From: a virus
Lineage: Duplodnaviria; Caudoviricetes
Reading direction: 5' to 3' (one strand)
Virus record (IMG/VR): IMGVR_UViG_3300036976_000011
Coordinates: 1 to 64,000 of that record
Length of the DNA: 64,000 nt
The notes under the pieces are model-generated. The model saw only the letters and a program-made list of their open reading frames with translations. It made no database searches and was not told the DNA's origin. The position numbers and the translations under genes are program-made. This document shows positions 56,586 to 64,000 of the stretch, piece by piece; positions within the stretch are counted from its first letter, which is position 1, and every line of letters begins with the position of its first letter.

Positions 56586-57195
56586 CTTTGCTCCTTTGCG
56601 CCAGGAATAGCGCCAATTGAAAGAGCAAGCCACCGCGCTTGCTCTTGATCCCACTCTCCAAAGTCCACCACTGTTCCACGCCAAACTGGCGAACTCTGTG
56701 CTGTACGTAATCACCTGTCTCGATTTCCTCTTTAGAAAATTGGGCGTGGAGGGATTCAACTAATGTCAGAAGCTCTTTTAATTCCATTGGCTGGACAAAA
56801 AGAGATTGCTCCTCAAACTGCACCCACCCACACGTTGCACCTAGCGGGTTCCGCCGCGCCCTAAAGACAATATGTTTTTGACCACTTTCTGCTATCGTGG
56901 CTAGCTCTGGAAAAGGCACACCCAAGAGGATGCTTTGCATGTGTTGCTTATCAGCCTTACTAAGTGGTATCCACATACCGCTGACAACAAAGTGAGAGTA
57001 GTTGCGCATGCGCTGGGGCTTGTCTTTACCAACCAACGCAGCAAGCTCTGCGGAGCGTTCGTCAAACCAAAACAAACAACTGTCACATACACCATCACCA
57101 TCAAGCAGTTTGTCATGGTCAACAAATGTGGGCTTGACCCACCTGTTGAAATCAGTCATGTCATCTGATTCATTACCGCAAAATCTACACAGCAT
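56407..57195 (-). CDS. csf1: Csf1 (Cas8-like), type IV
   Basis: CRFCG..TF.DHD.L..VCDSC, MRNYSH, P.L..IAESGQKHI.FRA, FSKEEI.TG.Y. Confidence 0.85.
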   Translation of the reverse strand: MLCRFCGNESDDMTDFNRWVKPTFVDHDKLLDGDGVCDSCLFWFDERSAELAALVGKDKPQRMRNYSHFVVSGMWIPLSKADKQHMQSILLGVPFPELATIAESGQKHIVFRARRNPLGATCGWVQFEEQSLFVQPMELKELLTLVESLHAQFSKEEIETGDYVQHRVRQFGVEQWWTLESGIKSKRGGLLFQLALFLAQRSKDDTRASRGGRVSVDNLARRTTRLQEPLPNDDMATVRGPGEECSVHEQPGDVRQLSLFES

Positions 57196-57201
57196 GTTCT
57201 A

Positions 57202-57230
57202 ATTATAGCACGCCTTAACCAATGTGTCAA
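57202..57230 (-). promoter_or_regulatory. consensus sigma70 promoter, probably leaderless csf1 mRNA
   Basis: TTGACA-cattggttaaggcgtgc-TATAAT, with the ATG 6 nt after the -10 box. Confidence 0.9.
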
Positions 57231-57520
57231 CTCGTCATACATAACTCATACCAACCCCAAATTTCCCACCTGGTAGCATCCTGTGAGACTCAATATTTCA
57301 GCGTTCCAGCCAAAAATATCAAGCTCGACTCAAAGGTTTGCTTAAGATTTTTAGGCCCTGGCTTAATAATTTTGAGCACGTCGCCAAAATTGCAACACGG
57401 GAGAGTCGCGCCAGTGGATTTTGCAGCCGCTCGTGAACAGAATGGCGCTGAAACTGAGGCTTACACGGTGTTTTTACAGTTTTGAGAGACTGGGTGTAAT
57501 TGGAGTTGTTCTATCTAATT

Positions 57521-57754
57521 CTACTCGTCTACCCCACCCAGCAACCGCTCCAATAATACTAGTTCATTTTTGGCGTCGTGTTTATCCATCAGTGCCTTTT
57601 GCTGTGCTTGCTGTAATAGTGCAGCGTCTTGCTCCAGTTGCTTCTGGCGCTCCTGTAATGCTAGCCTATCAAGTTGCAACTGGTCCAGCACAGCGTCAGC
57701 CGCTACGATGTCAGCGCGGGCCTTATTTGCGAGTTGTTCTAGTTGCTCTCTCAT
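57521..57754 (-). CDS. coiled-coil protein (tail-fibre assembly?)
   Basis: Coupled downstream of the fibre gene. Confidence 0.6.
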   Translation of the reverse strand: MREQLEQLANKARADIVAADAVLDQLQLDRLALQERQKQLEQDAALLQQAQQKALMDKHDAKNELVLLERLLGGVDE

Positions 57755-58002
57755 ATCTTCGCCGTGCTCAGATTTGTTCTGATGCCAGGTGTCACCGCTG
57801 TTGTGATAGTATCCATGTTGGCCGACGTGGTGGTGAACATGGCTGCAGTCAATCCGTCGTCAAAGTCCTCGTCGGTCACACTAGCCAGGTCCAGCGCCAC
57901 GTATTTGTATTTCGCTACCAGCCACGCCTCATAGGCCGCCAGCATCGTTCCATACGCTTGACGACATTCCAGAATAGCCGCCTGTTTATTCGCTTCTGTC
58001 AT
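57751..58002 (-). CDS. hypothetical protein (tail region)
   Basis: AGGAG RBS. Confidence 0.6.
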   Translation of the reverse strand: MTEANKQAAILECRQAYGTMLAAYEAWLVAKYKYVALDLASVTDEDFDDGLTAAMFTTTSANMDTITTAVTPGIRTNLSTAKI

Positions 58003-58016
58003 TTTACTTTAGTCTC

Positions 58017-60587
58017 CTATCTCATCCAAAATGGGCGGCGCTTGACTACGTGCCGTTCGCCCTGGGCCAGCGCCGCCTTGAGTCTCTTGTGCTGATCGGC
58101 TTCCCAGTTGCGGCGCTCTCTGACCGGCAACGGTTCGGTATAAATGAACTGTTCGCCAGTCAACGCCTCAAGCGCCAGTAGCGCTCGCTCAATATCATAC
58201 CACTTTCGCACGCCTAAATAGCTATTTTGATGATACTGCGACCAGTGTAGTGTGCCTGGTATCGGCTGTACCGGTCCATCGAAATTATGCGGCGTCAGTT
58301 GCGCGGCGTTGCCCGCTTCATCAACTGCAAAAGCCTCGACCGTTCCGCCCACGTCTTTGCCATAGAATCCAGCAGTATTTGATCCCATCGTCGGATCGGC
58401 AGTGTTATCACCGACCGTCAACACCTTGCCACTATTCGCCGTGGGTGCTGTCGTCGTGCCCAGGAGCAAATCACCGCCGCCGGTAATCCGTGCTTTCTCA
58501 GACCTAGACGTTCCACCGCTGGCCGTGGTCTCAAACCGCATGTACGTTCCCTGCGCGCCAGCCGTGTAATTCTCCTCAGCGTATGAGCCGAAAAACGCCC
58601 GCGTGGCCGTCCAAGATGTTCCATCATGTCCCCGCCCGGCAAAGGCCAGAAGCAAACGGCCCGATGGCGTTGCGGACGGTGACGCTTCAGAGCCCGCTGC
58701 CGTGCGCCCAATGACTTGCACGTTGTTGCTACCATAGTGGTCCATCAACAGGACAGCTACACTACCGTCCTTGACGCCCTCAAACAAGAATGATGGAACC
58801 ACATTGACGCCGATACCACTAGCATCAATGTGGACCACATCCGACCCACCAACTTCAATATCTATTTGGTCATCAGTCGGCGCGCTGAGGGTCGTGTCGC
58901 CATCCGTATCAAGGATGAGGCAATCAGCTATGCCATTAAGGTCTAGCGTTGCGGGTGAAGTCAGTAAAACATTGCCGCCATCTTGAATAGTTAAAATAGG
59001 CGCACCGTTGTCCAAGAATGTAGCTATAGCCGTACCTGCACCAGTAAGATTTGCCTGCAACCCTATTCCGGTATCAGAGTAAAATCTACCACCTATCGCC
59101 GCACCATTGGCATAGCCAAGCACTGCTGCGTCAGTTGCCGTGGCGCTTAGGGTTTCGCCAGTAATGCAATGTGAGTTTTGCTGTGTCTGCGCGAAAATGC
59201 ACGGGCTGCTATAGCTCGTAATAGAAAGTGCGACCTGGTTATTGCTTGTGTTTGATGAACCTACAAACATTGTTGGAACTGCGTCGCCACTTACCCACGG
59301 GACGTACAGGCCTGCAGCACCAGATGGTGTGGCTCGTATTCCCGTTGCTCCATCGCTGCCCTGCACAAAAAGTGCATGCGTTAGCGTGTCACTCTCCACG
59401 CGAAAGTCAACATCCCGCCCGTCCTCGTTTACCACTAGGCCAGTGGAATCAGCACGCCACACCTCATCCGCGGCATTGACGCCACAGACGACGGGAGCAG
59501 CCGCCCCCAGCGTGCGTAGAACGAGGGCGCTGATATTTGTCCCCGTCTGCAAAATGCCGCTATCCTGAATCGCCAGTCCCGCTGTAGTGAATCCCGTCCC
59601 GGTCGTCGCCAGCGTTAAGGCGTGGTCTAGGCCTGCACCAGCCGTGTTTTTGAGATTCGCGGCCACGTAAGCGCTCGCGCCACCATCAGCATTGACGAGT
59701 TCTAGGCCACTAAAGCCTGCGTTTGTGTCGTTGCGTATGGCAAGCAGTTCGTTGCCGCCGCCGACCGTGCCGACATTGACGATCTGGTCGTCGAATAACC
59801 AATCAACCCCTGTCCACTCCACACGGTTGTTTGCGCTAACAAACTGGCCAATAGCGTCAGCGCCATCTCCAAAGTTCAGTGGTTGGTCATCGCCTATTTC
59901 AAGCCCAGCATCAAAATTGTGCAGCCCTGACCAGTTGGGAGTTTGATCCCACGCCTGCGTCGTTCCATCCGTGACCAGCGCATAGCCCGCTGCCGCCCCG
60001 GTCGTGAGAATGCTCCACTCCGGCGTGGCGTCAGCGATGAGCATGTCGCCCTGTGCCATGGGAGCAATCGGCAATGTCGTAGCGGGATTGGCAGGTATAT
60101 ACCGCGTACCATCTGCGCGCAGAATATATCCCGCTGTCACACCATCGGCGTGAATAACGCCCAGACCAGTATTGACGTAAAGATCAGCGTTGGCTATCTG
60201 CACCTGGTCCGTCGCAGGCGTGCTATCAAATGTCAGCCTGCCCGCCGCTGCGCCCAGCCCTATCCAGGCGTCATCAGCCATGCTCAGATTGGCCTGCCAG
60301 GCCGCCGTTGTGCCATTGCTCTCAAGGTGCGCATACTGTGCTCCGATATTCAGGAGTGTCAAGTTTGGGTTGCTGTCTGCTATCAAGAGGTCGCCCTCGG
60401 CTAGTGCAGCGTCAGCAGATAGCACCTGGGTCGCCGCCACAATATCTAGTACGTCCTCAAGCGTGGCGTCTATCGTCAGCGCGGGATGAGGTGCACCAAT
60501 GCCCTGGTGCTCTGGCGGATCCATGAAATACACCTTGAGGCGTCTCACATCCGCTTCAAAACTGTCAATGCCCAATTTACGGCTCAT
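58017..60587 (-). CDS. tail fibre / receptor-binding protein
   Basis: Gly/Ala/Thr-rich; GDLLIAD repeats; VNEDGRDVDFRVESD; MRFET...EKARITGGGDLLLGTT. Confidence 0.8.
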   Translation of the reverse strand: MSRKLGIDSFEADVRRLKVYFMDPPEHQGIGAPHPALTIDATLEDVLDIVAATQVLSADAALAEGDLLIADSNPNLTLLNIGAQYAHLESNGTTAAWQANLSMADDAWIGLGAAAGRLTFDSTPATDQVQIANADLYVNTGLGVIHADGVTAGYILRADGTRYIPANPATTLPIAPMAQGDMLIADATPEWSILTTGAAAGYALVTDGTTQAWDQTPNWSGLHNFDAGLEIGDDQPLNFGDGADAIGQFVSANNRVEWTGVDWLFDDQIVNVGTVGGGNELLAIRNDTNAGFSGLELVNADGGASAYVAANLKNTAGAGLDHALTLATTGTGFTTAGLAIQDSGILQTGTNISALVLRTLGAAAPVVCGVNAADEVWRADSTGLVVNEDGRDVDFRVESDTLTHALFVQGSDGATGIRATPSGAAGLYVPWVSGDAVPTMFVGSSNTSNNQVALSITSYSSPCIFAQTQQNSHCITGETLSATATDAAVLGYANGAAIGGRFYSDTGIGLQANLTGAGTAIATFLDNGAPILTIQDGGNVLLTSPATLDLNGIADCLILDTDGDTTLSAPTDDQIDIEVGGSDVVHIDASGIGVNVVPSFLFEGVKDGSVAVLLMDHYGSNNVQVIGRTAAGSEASPSATPSGRLLLAFAGRGHDGTSWTATRAFFGSYAEENYTAGAQGTYMRFETTASGGTSRSEKARITGGGDLLLGTTTAPTANSGKVLTVGDNTADPTMGSNTAGFYGKDVGGTVEAFAVDEAGNAAQLTPHNFDGPVQPIPGTLHWSQYHQNSYLGVRKWYDIERALLALEALTGEQFIYTEPLPVRERRNWEADQHKRLKAALAQGERHVVKRRPFWMR

Positions 60588-62064
60588 GGCGGTCCCTCTC
60601 TCGAATCAGGCGCACGGTATTACTCGCCATGTCGTATTCCACCTCACGAATGAATTGCACATCTGGTCTATCCTGGTCGAGACCGCTCGCGCCCTGCCGC
60701 TCTGATCCAGAAAGGAACTGGATTAGCCCCGGCTTGACGTTATACGGTTCAATGGGTTCCATGTCCAGTCCAAGGATCTGGTTGCCCTTGCGGTACATTG
60801 ATACCGTGGTAGGGCGTTTTTCGTAGACGAACTCACGCCAGTTGTACACGCCGCCTGTGTACGGTGTCGTGTCTCCATCTTCGCCAGCTTCTATGATTTG
60901 CTCGATAGCATCCCACAGCGTCGTTGGCACATCTATCACATCTAATTTGTGATTCGTGGCATTTGTGGCTATCTTGCCTGCTGAAATCCAACTCGTCTCC
61001 CCAAGCAAGTTCGTGATATGATTTGTGGCTGTGTCTGTTCCCTGCGTCGTTTTAGCATAAATCCACCGCAAGAGGTCCACGTAGCCATAAGCGGACACGG
61101 CGAGGTCAACGGGCTTATTCTCTGACTCCTCTGCGCTTGGGTCTATGACTATTGGGTCTTCCGTTCCCCGCGTACGCGGCCATTGGCGCTTCGCAAGCTG
61201 ATTCTGCCCCAAGGCGCGAGCCGATTCGTCTGAGCGTCCATCCGTGCTAATGATGAGCTCTTTGGGTGTGAATTCTGTAACGCTACTGGCGTGTATGTAC
61301 CAAGGCGTGCTGGCACGATTCGGTTTTTGTCGAAATGAGCCAGCATCAATATAAATTTCACCGCTGCCGGACGTTTCAAGTATCTTTACGTCTACAGAGG
61401 TCGCCGTGTTGCTCTCTGGTATTTGCAGCTTGAGCTCTTCCTCGCCGTCATTAGCTGATGCTCGCTGTGCCACCACGTCCGTCGTACCTGTGTCGTAGAC
61501 GTACAATATCCATGTGCCAGAATCCACACGCACATCAAAGCGCACGTCATAGGCTATGCCTGCCGTGATAGAAACCGCTGCACCGTCTACAAAAGTGCCC
61601 TCGTCAGCGGCGTCAGTAACCACGTGCCAGCTTTGCGTACCGTGCCAATAGGGATCGGTACTAGCAGCGTGGGTCGTCGGCGTCCCCTCTGCTGTCCAGG
61701 TAGAGCTTTCTGCACTGCCGTCCGTGAATAGGTTTGGATAAATCTTGGAGTAAATTACCTTGACGCGATTGGCAAATGGTCCAACGCTACGCACCACCCT
61801 ATCACCATTGGAGTACGTGAGTATCATTTCCCCGATAAATCCCTGCCAGGTCGTGCGCCCAGCAACGCTCTCCACGACCTTTTTCATCAGTGCCGTGTGA
61901 AAAAAGTCTGACATTTGCCACGGCTCACCCGCAAAGAGTGAATCTCCAAACCAGTAACCACCTATGGCGCGAATGCTGCGCTTCCAGGTCTGGAAATGTG
62001 GCTTGAGATTCATCACGTGGTCAGAGCCTTTGGTGATGTTCTGGTAAAGGTCGAGGGAGATCAT
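60577..62064 (-). CDS. tail/baseplate hub-like protein with inserted carbohydrate-binding module
   Basis: TWQGFI.E..., central NLFTDGSAE..W..YDV.F.V..IYID. Confidence 0.6.
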   Translation of the reverse strand: MISLDLYQNITKGSDHVMNLKPHFQTWKRSIRAIGGYWFGDSLFAGEPWQMSDFFHTALMKKVVESVAGRTTWQGFIGEMILTYSNGDRVVRSVGPFANRVKVIYSKIYPNLFTDGSAESSTWTAEGTPTTHAASTDPYWHGTQSWHVVTDAADEGTFVDGAAVSITAGIAYDVRFDVRVDSGTWILYVYDTGTTDVVAQRASANDGEEELKLQIPESNTATSVDVKILETSGSGEIYIDAGSFRQKPNRASTPWYIHASSVTEFTPKELIISTDGRSDESARALGQNQLAKRQWPRTRGTEDPIVIDPSAEESENKPVDLAVSAYGYVDLLRWIYAKTTQGTDTATNHITNLLGETSWISAGKIATNATNHKLDVIDVPTTLWDAIEQIIEAGEDGDTTPYTGGVYNWREFVYEKRPTTVSMYRKGNQILGLDMEPIEPYNVKPGLIQFLSGSERQGASGLDQDRPDVQFIREVEYDMASNTVRLIRERDRHEP

Positions 62065-63458
62065 GCGTTTATTCCATCCCCCATCATTTCTTCGTACCGC
62101 AGGTAGTATGAAAATTGCACACGTCCATAGTCACCTGTATTTTGCACGGTGGAGCGTTGCGCAGCGTAGACAAGTGAACCATCCCCTACCGGTGGGTAAA
62201 AGCCAAGCGTGGGATCGGGCGCAATATGTGGCGAGTGCCCTACAGCCTGCTGATCCAGCTTGCAAATAAAGTCACCTTCAGGCGTGCAAAGTACCCAGGT
62301 GCGATACGTCGTTCCTGCACTATAGTAGGCGTATCCGTCCTTGATATGACACGACCCCTCTGAAAGAGGAACAACGACGAATCGATCCATGTTGAGGTTG
62401 CCACTGCCCGTTATGCTTTCAGCTTCTATCGCCAGACTAAAATACTGCTCATCTTTCCAGTAAGATTCGCTATGTGTTTCGTGTCGCCCGGTTGGCGGTA
62501 TCTGAATCTCACCCACTGGATAGAATAAATAGTTCGTGTCTGCCACCTTGACATAATCGTGATTTTTCCATACTCCACTATCTGCAAAGCCACTCTTGAG
62601 ATAGAGTCGGGCCTCTCTAGTACTCGTCGTCGCGGCACGCAAGAGCACGAGAAATCGTCCTCGGTGCTCATCCTCATCACCAGCCGTGATGTTCGTCACC
62701 TGGTTCAATGCCAGCGTGAATCGCTCCTGCATAGACGTGTCAGCAAAGGTACAAACCATTACGCCGCCACTCGCGCTTGTATCTGTCACCCCTGTGCCAT
62801 CTGCGCAGTCCCATACGGGAGCGAACTTGGAACGGTCTCCCAATCGGTCCGTCCGAAAACCAAGCCACCACTCCGTTAATGGTCCCTGTCCAGTATACGG
62901 GCTGGTGAGATTCATCGAGCGAATCCGTGCAGGGGCATCGCCGTGAATCGTGTACAGACTACCTGAGCTATAATCCCAGATGTCACCAGCGGACTCAAGA
63001 TCGGACGAAGTCACTGTTCCAGCCGTAACGTACTCCCACAATGGCGTGCGCACTATCCCCACGCCCACGTCTTGGAGAAAGCTGCCGGGCGATGCAGGTG
63101 GACCATACACGCTTGACCGCTGCTCCACTTTGCCATGTTTGACCATCGCCCGGTATTCGCGGGTTTCATTATCAAGTTGCCTGTGCCACCACACCAGGTT
63201 ATCATCTACGGGTTCACGTTGAGCATCACTGGACTGGCGCAAGATAATGCGCACAGCGCGCACCTTGCTCGCCATGTCATCTGTATCATCTCCAGTGACG
63301 AAACACGATAGCGCCTCATTGACTTCTGGCGGGTAGGTTCCGTCCCGATTCCTTTCTACCGTGGCAGGGATATACCCACCGCGCTGAATATGAAATCCAT
63401 CCGTGCCAGCCACGAGGCTAATCTCCGTTGAGTTGCGCTTGAGTTTATTTACTGCCAT
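62061..63458 (-). CDS. distal tail-like protein
   Basis: Position and size; IHGDAPARI. Confidence 0.5.
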   Translation of the reverse strand: MAVNKLKRNSTEISLVAGTDGFHIQRGGYIPATVERNRDGTYPPEVNEALSCFVTGDDTDDMASKVRAVRIILRQSSDAQREPVDDNLVWWHRQLDNETREYRAMVKHGKVEQRSSVYGPPASPGSFLQDVGVGIVRTPLWEYVTAGTVTSSDLESAGDIWDYSSGSLYTIHGDAPARIRSMNLTSPYTGQGPLTEWWLGFRTDRLGDRSKFAPVWDCADGTGVTDTSASGGVMVCTFADTSMQERFTLALNQVTNITAGDEDEHRGRFLVLLRAATTSTREARLYLKSGFADSGVWKNHDYVKVADTNYLFYPVGEIQIPPTGRHETHSESYWKDEQYFSLAIEAESITGSGNLNMDRFVVVPLSEGSCHIKDGYAYYSAGTTYRTWVLCTPEGDFICKLDQQAVGHSPHIAPDPTLGFYPPVGDGSLVYAAQRSTVQNTGDYGRVQFSYYLRYEEMMGDGINA

Positions 63459-64000
63459 CCCCGCACGTGCTCCGTTTTCGCGCCTTGCTGACGCATCTCA
63501 CGCCATGACCGGCCTAGTGTTGCCTCATTCAAATCAGCATAGTCAAATACCGCATCCTTTACCTTTGCGCCAACCAGGACACACCCGCGCATATAGGCAT
63601 TCGTGAAGTCTGCGCCAGTCAAATCAGCGCTGCGCAAGTTGCACTTATCCAAAATTGCACCTGTGAAACTCGCGCCCGACAAGTCGGCTCCAGCAAAGCT
63701 CGCGTGCCAGAATTTTGCCTGGCTCAGATTTGCGCCTGACAAGTCACGACCGCTCAGGTTTACACTATGAAACTGCGCCATGCGCAGGTCCAGGCCAGCG
63801 AGGTCTTGCGGCACATCGTCGTCCGAGTAAAATACGGCGCGTCGCCCACCGTCATCGTTGAGCCAGGCCGTGTGTTGCTTAATCTTGTCCGCTACGCTCA
63901 CGTTGCCGTCCCCAACTTCGATGCGGTATACTCTACCCATTGCGCAATAACGTGCAACGGCCCAGTGCATTCGCCGCCGCCGCCAAGGTTGACGGCGCAC
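63449..64000 (-). CDS. pentapeptide-repeat protein (start uncertain, possibly 63940 or beyond the window)
   Basis: DLSGANLSQA..ASFAGADLSGASFTGAILDKCNLRSADLTGADF. Confidence 0.8.
   Translation of the reverse strand: MRRQPWRRRRMHWAVARYCAMGRVYRIEVGDGNVSVADKIKQHTAWLNDDGGRRAVFYSDDDVPQDLAGLDLRMAQFHSVNLSGRDLSGANLSQAKFWHASFAGADLSGASFTGAILDKCNLRSADLTGADFTNAYMRGCVLVGAKVKDAVFDYADLNEATLGRSWREMRQQGAKTEHVRGWQ

Noticed and set aside
57231-57520. CRISPR array or leader upstream of csf1
   Set aside because: No repeats visible in this 290-bp gap.

Overview
This 64 kb window is a segment of a tailed dsDNA bacteriophage genome. It uses genetic code 11, with strong AGGAG ribosome-binding sites and consensus sigma70 promoters. 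An EAD-like domain and glycine-rich linkers hint at a Chloroflexota-type host (inference). Most genes lie on the minus strand. In transcription order from the right end: tail genes (57.5-64 kb); an array-less type IV-B CRISPR-Cas operon with extra SPOUT methyltransferase, HTH and Myb-like genes (52.5-57.2 kb); an RNA island with 3 tRNAs, an RNA ligase and several large structured ncRNAs (48.2-52.4 kb); a second DNA methylase; a stand-alone TnpB followed by a type I-E-like repeat-spacer-repeat mini-array (41.3-43.2 kb); primase/D5 helicase with a likely origin; RecU; ParM/ParR; and a TGT-like/VUT gene pair. A plus-strand island of small genes separated by repeats and structured leaders (17.4-25.3 kb) sits behind a divergent regulatory switch. 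Accessory, lysis, nucleotide-metabolism, ParB-methylase, HNH and terminase genes follow. No integrase is present in the window. The strongest novel signal is the TnpB/mini-array unit: the sequence after the last repeat matches 15 of 16 nt of the phage's own leftward switch promoter, directly after a TTGAC motif. This suggests an RNA-guided regulator or a nascent Cas12-like system. All calls were made by eye, without database searches or folding software.
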